A stretch of 62,938 bases of DNA, counting the filler, from Choristocarpus tenellus KU-1152 (Eukaryota > Protista > Phaeophyceae), in assembly GCA_964200185.2 (NCBI GenBank). It is 10 parts of 10 records of this genome, joined end to end, with 100 filler letters (N's around TTAATTAATTAA, not from the genome) between each part and the next. Parts side by side here need not be neighbours in the genome. Positions count along the whole stretch, not along the records: positions 47,222 to 54,071 come from CAXNAD020007220.1; positions 54,172 to 58,042 come from CAXNAD020017475.1; positions 58,143 to 62,938 come from CAXNAD020013028.1; 7 more parts are not named here. One strand, written 5' to 3'. How positions within the stretch are numbered: the first letter of the stretch is position 1; every line of letters begins with the position of its first letter. The notes beneath the pieces were generated by a model. That model was not told where the DNA came from. It saw only the letters and a program-made list of their open reading frames with translations, and ran no database searches. The position numbers were made by a program, and so were the translations under genes. Positions 51,746 to 62,938 of the stretch are shown piece by piece.

Positions 51746-52928
51746 AACGTAGAGGAAAGACACGGCGCGCGAACGAGCCACGGTAGGTATTCCTATTCGT
51801 GAGTAATCCTCTCCTTCACTAATCCGGTAGATGCTTCCACGGACGTCTTGTGTTAGAGAGGTCGGACTTTGTTGATGCGAAAGCGCATTCTTACATTTAT
51901 TATATTCGCTTCAAAATATTTTTCCTATCGTTAACGCACATGTGTGTTGCTATACCTTCGTTTATTGCCCTGAACACTGTAGATGTTCTTTATTTATATA
52001 TTCTGCCATTATTTTCTTATACTTACTGGTATCCTTCTTGATATATATGCTTTTAGGTGATAGGTCTTAGACATCGGATTTAAGATTTTTCGTGTGTTGT
52101 GTTATAGCTCTAGCTGTTGTTAAACCATAGTTTAAGAAACATTACAATGCGATGATTATGTCGTATCCTGTTCTGGCGTGGTCCATCGCATACAGCACCC
52201 CTTCCATCCTATACAGGCCCACTAGACACCAACTGTCTCTCCCACACAACGTACTCTGGGACGTGTATGTGACATGGCGCTAACACTAAGCGACATAAGG
52301 TATAACCCTATGTCAAGGGCAATCTAACTGCAAACGATTAGTCCACGGTCAATGTCCCAGAGTATGCAACTCAAGACCCTTCTCCCTCACCTCCTCACCT
52401 CTTTGCGTTGCTCAGGCAAGAAGGTTATTGACAAACAGATAGCAAAACCAACACAAATGGCATACCCTCCCGTACTTGGTACCACAGTCCAAAACGCAAG
52501 GTGAAATACGTACAACAGGTAACCCCTGTTCCACTCCTCGTCGAAACAGCAACAACCGCCTAACCCAAAAATTCAACATAATAAGGGCAACTTTCTTGAC
52601 ATCGTCACACAGTCTACACGGACCCAAGCGCCAAGCACACATCCTAAATGCAGAATATGCCACACTACAAACAAAAAGGACAAACCCGCCACAACTGAAG
52701 ATACCAAATGCGCCGTTTTCGAAACACCTGGTCGGGACCAAATGGACACCCCAGTACAGACCCCCCCCCCAGATACTTTGACCATATGCTCCTTACTACT
52801 CTGCATTGTATCGAACTACAGATAAACGTACATGAAACTGTGTTACATACTTGTATCGGCCCATACAACATAAGGATAACACTAGGTTATTCGACAAACT
52901 CTTCCAAATTCTAGTTCTTTAACTCAAA

Positions 52929-53189
52929 GAGTGAAAGTATCTTAGATGGTACGAGTTTTGCCCTCTTTGTCCGTTTGGGGGTTGGCTTCCCAAGTTTTAT
53001 TTTAATGATATTTTTCCTACTCCGAAATGTTTCGGGGTAGGTAAAATGTGTATGTTATGAAAAGGTGTGTCCGGAACAAGGATATTGACACGTCCTAACA
53101 AACACGATAGCCAAAATCACATCAAAATCGCGACATTGGATTTTGGCCCCCAAACGGACGCGGCTCTACCCTCCAAGATAATATGACTC
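52929..53189 (-). mobile_element. MITE family A copy
   Basis: TIRs present. 3-bp TSD AAA. Confidence 0.9.
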
Positions 53190-53399
53190 AAACATACCTT
53201 CTGTTCTTCAGATCATAAACATGGTCTCTTCCATCCTAAGATTGTTGCTTACAGAATCTACATTTACATTAGAATGAAAAGCATATTCTTGATACACTCC
53301 CTTGCTTTGAACTTCTGGTGAAAAATAACACTTCAGTCACTCTTGAGCTTACCTTCAACACAAAAATCAGTCCCACTTCATTCTACGCATGATAACACT

Positions 53400-53975
53400 G
53401 GATTGCCTATTAAACGATTCCTCAGATAAAACATATGTGAAGAGATCCGCATGTTGGAACTCAAATATCCAATTGCTATCTTTCCTTCTTCTCTCTCTAA
53501 CTGGCGTATATAGTGGTACCGAATATCCATGTGTTTTGTTCTACCACCAGATACTGCCTTCTGAGCAATCTAAATTGCACCATCATTATCCTCACTCTTA
53601 TAGAGTAATCCCTACAAAGTGGTTGCATGAACATGTGCACGTGCTTGAGGAGATTAACCTTTTCCCCCATCTTACACAGTGCAACATACTCAACCTCAGC
53701 AATAGAAAGTGTAACCATTTTCTGCCTCCTATACTACCAGACCACTCATCCTCCTCCAAACATCACAACAACACCAGGAATAGATAATTTTTTCTCCTTG
53801 CGGTTTGCAATATCAGTATCTGTGTAGCCAATTAGTTGATCTTTGGTCCATTCCCATGCAATCCAACATCTCTCGGCATTCAACCAATCAGACCAACTTT
53901 GATTCTCCACACAAGATGCCAACTCTCTAACTTCAAAAGACACATCAGGTCTAGTCATTATAGCTACCCACTGTA
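53400..53975 (-). pseudogene. pol: Ty1/Copia RT C-terminus and RNase H remnant
   Basis: MTRPDVSFEVRELA, LIGYTDTD, VTLSIAEVEYVAL, HADLFT motifs. Confidence 0.8.
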
Positions 53976-54171
53976 TCCAACCATCAATCTGTAGCCGTCC
54001 GGAACCTGACCCAAAGTATCTGGGGGGGGGGGTCTATGCCAGGGTGTCCTTTTGGTCCAAAATCAGGAAAANNNNNNNNNNNNNNNNNNNNNNNNNNNNN
54101 NNNNNNNNNNNNNNNTTAATTAATTAANNNNNNNNNNNNNNNNNNNNNNNNNNNNNNNNNNNNNNNNNNNN

Positions 54172-54234
54172 CTGTTCTTTGTCCTCCATTAAAGCACCAT
54201 AAAAGCCGCGGGTCCAGTGTGGGATAGTTCAACA
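54172..54234 (-). mobile_element. Partial LTR of the same solo-LTR family (contig edge)
   Basis: ..AAGCCGCGGGTCCAGTGTGGGATAGTTCAACA. Confidence 0.8.
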
Positions 54235-56804
54235 CCATACTCATGTCTTACGTGACTCGCATTGTAGGGTGAACCTTACACAATTTGGCGATAGGCAGTG
54301 CAGATGCTTCTATTTTCGGGAGTGTAGAATTACTTTGTGTTGGGTAATGCAACAGCCCCTCTTGGTTAATCGAGTAGTTGTGTTTCGTATTTGTATCGAA
54401 TGATTTTGCTGGATGTTCAGTCAGTGATGTGTGTTGTGGTTTACAGTTTTACCATTGGGCGTTCGTTAAAGGTAACTGCAATCTTCAACACCCGACATCT
54501 ATTCCACGTTCACACGGTGCACGACTGGCAATGCAATGCATAACCTTACATTATTTTGAGGTGAAGTGTGGAAAATGATTATTTTTAGACGATGTCTTGC
54601 GTGTGTCTTGTACAAGAGTTCAGCCTCTCTTGCTCAGGACAAGTGTTTTCTAAGATGTTCAACGCCTCCCGACCTGTTCTCGCCTTTTTACGTTGGAGTT
54701 AGACAATTTCCAACGAAGCATTCGGTGTTTATTGAGTCTGTGCAAATGGCAAAAGTTTTGCTTTGTCCCCTACATGTGCAGATCTCCATGTGTGTGGTGT
54801 CTCCGTAGGTAATATTTTCACCATCATGGATAAAACCGTGTTTGAGAGTGTTGGATTGCGATAAATGTTTCAAAGATGAACTTAGGTACACCTCGTTTTT
54901 TCAAAATCCTTGGACTTTACGCTGCACTATCTAATCAAACACTCCTTAACATATACCACTCAGCATGTGTTTTTTTCAATGCACTTCATTCGATAACATC
55001 GGTTCACAGGAGTGAATCTCATTTTCATTTCAATCTCCCACTTCCACACACGTTTATCCTGTATTGAGTCTGTACCCCACGTGTGAAATATTTTCACACG
55101 TCCACGACATATGCAGATGTCCGTTTATGTGATCACCACTAGGGTGAAAGTGTCTCCAATCTCATGTAAGAATATTTCAAAAGTGGTGCACTGTGACAAA
55201 TGCTTCAAGGGTCATCATATATACACCTCCATTTCCTTCAGGCTAAGTGATTTTTTTATCACTATGTAGTGATAGACGTACTAACATATTTATTATACAT
55301 CCATATTTTCTCACGCACTACAGTCGATAGGATCAGAGTCAAGGACTGCCATCCACTCGCGTTCAACCCCCCACCTCCGCGCACATTCTTTCGGTGTGTG
55401 TGCATCACCTGCTGCCATCCGACAAATCAATTGACCCTACCCTCACAAACTGAACCAAAATTGTTACGAAATTCGTATGGTCACGCAATTTTGTCATACT
55501 CCATAAATATTTGCACGATCCTCGTTTTATTTACCAACATTTCCTTCGTTATATTCGCTTAGTACAATAAGGCCAGGACAAACGACTCCGGTTCAATGTT
55601 GGGGCCATCCCCTTATTCCTTGCGTCTTCTTCTTACTGTGTTTCTGGTTCACATATTTTAAACATGCAACACCTCAGTTGTTCCATCCCAAGTTAACCTA
55701 TAAATGACGATAAAATCTCAAGGGGAGAACCGGTTCATTGTGACACCACACCCCACCAGAGCGCAACAAATATGTTTACTTGATTTTCTTACACAGGAAT
55801 CCCACTCCCATCTGTTCGCATCTTCTCAAGGCATCTGTCATCCTAATTGCACATTATAGGTCACAATAATACAAATACTAACAACGGATTGCGTAAACAT
55901 CGCCATCAAACAGGAATGGCAATTCCATCCTAAAAAAAAAAGGGATACGTTAATTACTCCTGGCAATATCTCGTAACCCAATTACAGATGCACTACAAAG
56001 GACCCTGCTCGCTCTTTGCTTAGTTGTCCTCGCAGTGAACCGCACATACTTGCTGTGTTAATGCTCTCAACGTTGTCCTGCTTGGCAAAAATTGTCCTAC
56101 TACGATCGAAACTCGGTCAAACCGCCACCAATTCCAAACTATAAACGCATTTTCATCTAACAGCCATATCGTGATCTCATGACCAAACCTCAAAAAATAG
56201 ACACACCTGCCATTCTCAACAACTGATACCATGACAAAACCAAAAAGAAGAACATCTGAAAGGTGCGCCTGTGAACCGAGGGGTATCCCCACTCCAGAAC
56301 AATCATGCTTTCCACAATTACATAAGAAATCGTTTCATCGAGTTCTGGACCCCATTTGGACGGGGCCGTACCATCTCAGATACTTTGGCTCTTCTCATTT
56401 CTTGTTTGTTATTATTTGTGCTTCCTACGGAAGTCAACAATAAAATCAAAGTAGTTTAATTCAAACAAAAAAAACCTATACATATTCCATTCATAATTCT
56501 GATGTACTTTCTCATTAGTTACATCATATGGACTCAATCAAAATTACTATCTCTCATACACAAAATAAGGTACACCTCACTATTGTCCTATTTTGCACAC
56601 TCCCTCATGAGAGTGCAGGCAATTAAAGAATTGCTGGAAAGCTCAAACCTAAAACAACTTATTGTGTACACTCCCCATTCTGCCCACTCCCCCATAAAAA
56701 TGGAAGTAAAATATGTCAGATTGGTTCGATTCTCACACACATCACATTTATCTTGTCAAAGCAGTAAAAGAACGCAATTACTTCAAGTTTAACACACGAC
56801 ATTT

Positions 56805-58040
56805 TCATCTAGTTAACACAGTGTCTACAAAGTCTTCTACCTGCTTCTTGCGTGATCTTTTGTTCAATATGTCTGCAAGTTGGAGTGTCGTGGGTATATA
56901 CTTCACTCTAAAAAATCCTTTATTGGCAATTCCCTGGTGCAATTTAAGCTTGATGTCGACATGCCTTGTTCTTCCGTTAAAGCCTTCAGTTACTGCTGCT
57001 TGGATTGCACCTCGATTTTCTCCATACCAAACCGTGACCCCTTTGAGTATGCCCAGCTCCCCCAGGATGCCTCTGAGGAATATTGGAAGCCTAATTCCAT
57101 GCACCATCGCTGTCCATTCCACCTCTGATGAAGATGGAGCCAAATTATCTTAGAGGGTACGGCCGCGTCCATTTGGGGGCCAAAATCCGCTGTTGCAATT
57201 TTGACGTAATTTTGGCTATAATGTTTGTTAGGAGATGCTAATATCCTTGTTCCGGACACTCCTTTTCAAAACGTACACATTTTGCCTACTCGGAAAGATT
57301 TTGGGGTAGTTAGATGTGGTTACAGCTCCCTGCATCTTGGATTTCCATGCAACAGGTGCTCCGTTAATGAGTATCAGATACCCTGTCACCCTCCGCCTTG
57401 ATGCAGTGCCATTGCCCCAGTCTGAGTCTCCATACCCGACCAGGCCCCCATTGTCCATTTCGCCACCAGCAGGATAGTGTATCCCTACGTTCGTGGTGCC
57501 CGCCAGGTATCGCAGAACATGTTGTAGTCCTTTCCAGTGTCGATCGCATCGAGATGCTGCATATATCTTCCCAGTTCCCGCACACTGTTGGATAGGTCTG
57601 GTCGTGTCATCCCGGCTAGGAACATAAGTTTCCCAAGGATAGTGTGGTTAGGTTTGTACCTCTGGTCCAGCTCCTCCTCGTCAGTTCTTCTTGCGGTCAG
57701 GTTCATTCCTGGGTTTAAAGTTGATGAGGTACTCTGTACTTCTGTGGATTCCATTCCTTCTCGAACAATGCCCTCTGCATAGAAATGTTGGTCTAGTGTG
57801 ATGCCAGCCTCATCCCTGTTGATTGCTACCCCAACTAACCTATCTGGGGTCCCGAGGTCATGTCCTTCGTACTTGGTAAGCAAATTGCTCTTCATCCTCT
57901 TTATTTCTTCGTGGAAGTTTCTAGTCAATGAGATGTCATCCACGTAGTGAAAAAGAACAGCGACCCTTCCATCTTCACTCCTTTGTACATATAAGTAGGC
58001 ACCAAAGTCGCTAACACTCCACCCCTCAGCTAAAAATTTT
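56805..58040 (-). pseudogene. pol: Ty1/Copia RT and RNase H remnant
   Basis: YVDDI, TRPDLSNSVRELG, GYGDSDW, WKSKMQ..SSSEVEW, RHVDIK, QLADILNK motifs. A MITE is inserted at 57137. Confidence 0.9.
57137..57312 (+). mobile_element. MITE family A copy lacking its right end, inside Copia RNase H
   Basis: Left TIR intact. GATG on both sides. Removal restores AVTTSSSEVEW. Confidence 0.85.
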
Positions 58041-58142
58041 CCNNNNNNNNNNNNNNNNNNNNNNNNNNNNNNNNNNNNNNNNNNNNTTAATTAATTAANN
58101 NNNNNNNNNNNNNNNNNNNNNNNNNNNNNNNNNNNNNNNNNN

Positions 58143-58472
58143 CCAGATATATGTTTCCGTATATTTCAGTTGGGCTCTACACAACGTTTGTGTATGGTAG
58201 TTCATGTATGGTAGGAACCTGATACTTCATCATCAGTTGATTTATCATGTATGGCACGTGTGATAAGTAGATAGGATTCTTTTCTGATTATCCATGTGGA
58301 CGTTGCAAATCCCACATGGTAGGCTGCACTGGTCTTACCCATCTTCTCAGTCAGCGGAATCGAGACCACAAAGGCCCTTGTAATATTAACCTTACTAATC
58401 TATATCAAGCTGTTCTTTGTCCTTCATTAAAGCGCCATAAAAGCCGCGGGTCCAGTGTGGGATAGTTCAACT
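58143..58472 (-). mobile_element. Partial solo LTR (contig edge)
   Basis: Homologous to 59690-59970. Confidence 0.8.
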
Positions 58473-58501
58473 CTGGTTTGGCTGTATAGGGGTGTTTGTT
58501 G

Positions 58502-58760
58502 GAGTCAAAGCATCTTAGAGGGCAGGACTGCGTCCATTTAGGAGCCAAAATCCGACGTTGCAATTTTGATGTACTTTTCACTATCGTGTTTGTTAGGAGG
58601 TGTCAATATCCTTGTTCCGGACACACCTTTTCATTACATATAAATCTTACCTACTCCGAAATATTTTTTAGTAGGAAAAAGTCATAAAACAACCGTGGGA
58701 AACCAAGCCCCAGATGGACGAACAGGGCAAAACTCTTACCTTCTTAAGGTACTTTCGCTC
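58502..58760 (+). mobile_element. MITE family A copy
   Basis: TIRs present. Flanks TTG/TTC. Confidence 0.88.
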
Positions 58761-59586
58761 TTCTTTTTTTGGAGAAACGGATAGTTTTATGTATGATACA
58801 CGATACACTTAGGCAGCGAAATGAACGTATGGGATGCGCTTGTTTGCCCTGAGTAAGTTGTGAAATATTATGTGAAAGGTGTCAGTGGCGGTTGCAGATT
58901 GGGAGAACAAAATGACACTGGTTTGGATGTCAGGATTGGACGTTATGGGAGAAATCTATGTACTTTAGAGGGGAATAAGGAGATATGTGAATCTGTATAT
59001 GGATAGCGTGGATTCATTCATGTGGGGCGTTGTTTTCTTAAAGTAATAAGAAGCGTTACTCACCTTGTCCATGTGTGACATGTGAATAGTTGGCACACCA
59101 TCAATGAAGCTGGCACTCAACACCTGGAAGTCTTAAGTGACAAAGACGATCTCATCTCCAGCACTGAACATCCTTCCGTAGCTGGAGTGTTATCTGACCT
59201 TCCATTGAATCGTGTCCTTGCGGTGGACAGTGAACGGCAAGAACTCTATACCATTGTACTCCGATCGCTGCGTCCGCACAATGCATATGTTCCCCTCGGC
59301 GAGCTGTCTTTTCTTCCTCGACAGCTGACTTCTCAGATACATATCACCCGTTCCCGCTGAAGTGGAAAATCTGAGGTCTATCTCCTTAAGTGGGGGCACG
59401 TGGGTTAGTTGCCACCTGCATTGAGCGAGGTTGCCGATGGAACAGTTCGTGGAGTAGCACGACAGTTCGGTGTAAATCAATGTACGGGAGCCTCCGGTGG
59501 TGAGCCGACCAGTGAAGAACCTGTGCATGGACTTGATTCCACTGAGGTTCGGGACACGTGGGTCGTGTCGTCCTGCACGGTCGATT

Positions 59587-59970
59587 TATTCGTAGATAGT
59601 GCTGCTGATACACTATAGACACCATTGGTGGAGTAAATTAGGAAAGATAAACACCACCAGTGGAGTAACGGAGTAATGGAGGAAAAGTAGTTACAGATAT
59701 ATGTTTCGGTATATCTCAATTTAAGTCTGCACATATCATATATGATGCAGTGATTGTATTCTTTTCTGATTATATTATTATTTTCTGATTATCCATGTGG
59801 ACGTTGCAAACCCCTCATGGCAATCAACACTGATCTTACCCACGTTCTCAGTCAGCGGAATCGAGACCATAAGGCCCCTTGTAATATTAACTTTACTCAT
59901 CTGCATCAAGCTGTTCTTTGACCTTTAAACCACCATAAAAGTCGCGGGTCCAGTGTGGGATAGTTCAACA
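59587..59970 (-). mobile_element. Solo LTR (384 bp) inserted in a transposase exon
   Basis: TATTCGTAG..TTCAACA. Flanks CGATT/CGATC. Removal restores YKIDRAGRHD, as in the paralog at ~49390. Confidence 0.85.
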
Positions 59971-60399
59971 CGATCTTGTAAGACTGAAGGTGGACTATCT
60001 CCTGTGTGCGGAACGTGTCGATGTATAGAAGTTTCGTACACGTGTTACTGTGCTGTCTGCCGTCTCTGTCCGTCCAATCCTAAGGGTTGTGGTGATTGTG
60101 CGTATAAGGGGAGGGGTGGTGCGTGTTGGAGTCAGTGTCGGCACTGAGGCAGTGTGCTGCGACCGATTCGATGTGATGGTGTTCGTTTGTAAATAGTTGA
60201 ACTTTCTATTGCTGTAACGAGTGTTTGGTAATGACGGATACCAGTGTGTGATGAGACCCAAAGTGACATAATGGGTCGACGAAATCTATTACCTTGGTGG
60301 AATATATGAGTTGGCAGGGGGTGGGAGGGTGTAGACTGTGGTGAGTTCTAAACAGGGATTAATCTTTGTGAGTGGGAAAATCATACACGTGGTACATTT

Positions 60400-61034
60400 G
60401 AGTCAAAGTATCTTAGGGGGTAGGGCTGAATACATTTGGGGGCCAAAATCCAATGGTGCGATTGATGTAATTTTGGCTATTGTGTTTGTTAGGAAGTGCC
60501 AGTATCCTGTTAAAGTATCCCACACTGGACCCGCGGCTTTAGTGCTTTAGTGAAGGACAAAGAACAGCTTGATGTAGATGAGCAAAGTTTATATTACAAG
60601 GAGCCTTATGGTCTCAATTCCTCTGACTGAGTACGTGGGTGAGACTATACCCTGGACTACCATTATTATTTATACAGTATGGGGTTTGTAATCGTTCACA
60701 CTAATTTACTGTGAATGACGTATTTTACTTGTCTTAAGTATAGAAAGTGTATCTTGAACATGACATAAAAATCAATCAACGCTATGAGTCAGTACATGCT
60801 ATATATCTGTCACTGGCTCTCCATCCTAATATATTATCCACCGGTGGTGTCTACGTGTATCAGCAGCACTATCTACGAACGTAGCCTTGCTCGGGACAGA
60901 CCTTTTCATAACGTATACATTTTACCTACTCCGAAACATTTTGGAATAGGAAAATGCCATAAAAAACTCATGGAAAGTCAAGCCCCAAATGGACAAACAG
61001 GGCAAAATTTGTACCCTCTAAGATACCTTCACTA
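60400..61034 (+). mobile_element. MITE family A copy split by a nested solo LTR
   Basis: Halves at 60400-60507 and 60882-61034. Flanks ATTT/ATGT. Empty paralogous site at ~61390. Confidence 0.88.
60508..60881 (+). mobile_element. Solo LTR (374 bp) nested in a MITE
   Basis: TGTTAAAGTATCCC..CTACGAACG. 5-bp flanks TATCC/TAGCC. Confidence 0.85.
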
Positions 61035-62938
61035 ATGTGGTATATATTCTAGCAGCAAGCGATGGTTATATGGCCGACGCTGTTACGTGAAAGGAAACAA
61101 TGACTTGAAGGTTTGGGTTAGTTTACTGATTGGCAGACTCGTTCTAAATCGAGGGCGATGGTTGCAAGTATGCTCGGACGGTGTGCGGTCGATTAATAAA
61201 TTCGTATGTGCGATTATCGTGTGATTCGTGGTGTCATTGTGAGGGAAAGTGCTGATGTGACATAATGGGTCAACGATATCTATTGCGTGTTTAATGTGTA
61301 TGGGTTATCAAGGGGCGGGAGGGTGCAGACTGATGGGAGTGGCACGGAGGGACCAGGTCCAGAGTGCGGGGAGAATCATGCATGTAGTGTATGTGGTATG
61401 TATTCTTGCAACAAGCGATGGGTATATGGTCGATGTGGATAGTGGAAAGAAAACAAGAACTTGGAGTTTTGCGCGAGTTACCGATTGGTAGACTTATATA
61501 AAATAGGTGGCGATGGATGTAAGTGTGTATTGCTGCGCATCATGTCGGCGTGAAGGGAGTAACGGAGGTGACATAAGTTGGAACAGTACATATTGAGTGT
61601 TTGTTGCATATGTAAGCAAGGAGTGTACGTCTTATGGTTGTCACCAGTGGCAAGCAGAGGTCGAATTTGTGAGTGGGGGGGGGTCGTCATGTGGAATGTT
61701 TCTACCTTTGTGACGGTTGTCTGTCCGGGAGGAACCTTATGACCGTTGCGGTAGCGCCATTCTTCCTCTGGTGTCGGATCCCTCAATGTGTATTGAGTTT
61801 TGGTTGCCTTGATCGTATCCACTAGGAATGAGGTTCCTGGCATGCGCACCCGTCTAGTTCCAGTCTCCTGGCAGCAGACTTCACCACAGCCCCGACTCCA
61901 TCAGACAAGGACTTGCCGTGACAGGAGGCAAATAAGTTGTGTACTGCGGAAATTCCCATCCGCGCCAAGGACTGAGAAACCCACCACATCTGCCATCTGT
62001 TCTTGAACTGGCTCCCGCAGCCATCGGACCAGATGTGGAGGACCTCTAGGGTCTGTCCGTATTCACTGGCTAGAGGTATTAGGTGGTCTTTCACAAGCAT
62101 CTCCACGGCGTTCTGGACGAACTCATTGTCTTGAATTCGGTCTTCACTGCACACCGTCATGCTGTGAGCCCAAACCCTTCCCTTCCCAAGATTTCCCTCT
62201 TCTCTGAGATCCCTCAACCACCAGACAATGGTCAGAAGCGCCGTAAGGAATAGATTGAAGAATTCTTGTTGTGTCAAGTCTTGGTGATTGTGTAGCAGGT
62301 GGGCGCTGAAGTTCATGGACATGGCGGCGTGTCCTTTGGGGAGGTGGGATTTGCAGTGTTTGTATTGTTGCGCCTTCCAAATCGTGGTGTTGTGATGAAG
62401 GAAGAAGCTCTTGTCATACTTTGCAAATATGACCTTTAGGAGTGTAGGGAATCCCTCTGTCCTTGGGAACTGCACCTGTATTGAATGGGCCAGGTGGTCG
62501 CGTTTCGAGCGTTGTTGCTGGTGATAGGTCGTGGTGATTCAGGCTTTGTTGTGGTATAATCGATTTTGCCCGGTTCTGTGGGAGGGAGTATCTGCTAGTT
62601 GTTTGACCTTGACACATTCAATGTACACTGTAATTTTTACTCGAATGGAACTGTCGCTCACCTTTCGCCTCCGGCTGTGCTTGTCCATAGACCCTCTGGC
62701 GTCTTCGTCATCGTTCTCCTCGGTCCTATTCCTCCTGGAGTCGGGGGCGGACTCTCCCACCATGCACTTAGCGATAATTAAATCGTCGGTCATGAGATTG
62801 TCCGCCCTCAGGTCAGCATATTTTGGTTTGATCATCTGGATCATGTCATGGGTCAAAGTATCTGGGGGGGTGTCGGCGTCCGTTTTTGACCCTTCTTTCG
62901 ATTTTCACTTTTGGCTCAAAGTATCTGGGGGGGGGGGT

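Larger units (their letters stand above)
59064..62856 (-). pseudogene. Sola2-like DDD transposase gene (copy 3, includes catalytic core), spliced and disrupted
   Basis: Core motifs MNFSAH..QD..Q..F (DFxEN-like, first D mutated), SEDRIQD, HIWSDGCGSQFKN, FASCHGKSLSDGVGAVVK. Exons ~62856-62660, 62475-61706 (one frameshift) and 60079-59064 (split by a solo LTR). Confidence 0.8.

Noticed and set aside
60508-60884. Insert ending GTAG as a Helitron
   Set aside because: TGTT..AAC(A/G) termini and a 5-bp TSD in three copies fit a solo LTR better.

Overview
Eukaryotic, transposon-dense DNA. It is probably from a stramenopile such as a brown alga, inferred from the RTE LINE, Gypsy and CPW-ankyrin family resemblances. 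The window is not contiguous: it is 10 contigs joined by 9 identical 100-bp artificial spacers (44 N + TTAATTAATTAA + 44 N). Contents: (1) a decayed RTE LINE; (2) a ~7.5-kb decayed Ty3/Gypsy element with a CCCH-type gag finger and a chromo-like plus Tudor-like integrase tail; (3) three Copia remnants; (4) a ~375-bp solo-LTR family with TGTT..AACA ends and 5-bp TSDs; (5) a 517-bp TGT..ACA long-TIR element, possibly Ginger-like; (6) tandem repeats; (7) a few host-like genes: an intact intronless 27-aa CPW ankyrin-like repeat gene, a U-box terminal exon, and cNMP-binding-like and coiled-coil exons. The most interesting signal is a Sola2-like DNA transposon system. Three decayed copies let a spliced transposase be reconstructed, with a Cys cluster and putative tandem Tudor-like barrels at its C-terminus. 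About 25 non-autonomous elements or ends share GRGTCAAAGTATCT termini. These ends are asymmetric, with an internal GTCCATTTGG motif at position ~31 in one end and ~41 in the other (one helical turn apart), and they show mixed 3- and 4-bp target-site duplications. All family assignments come from reading motifs by eye; no searches were run.
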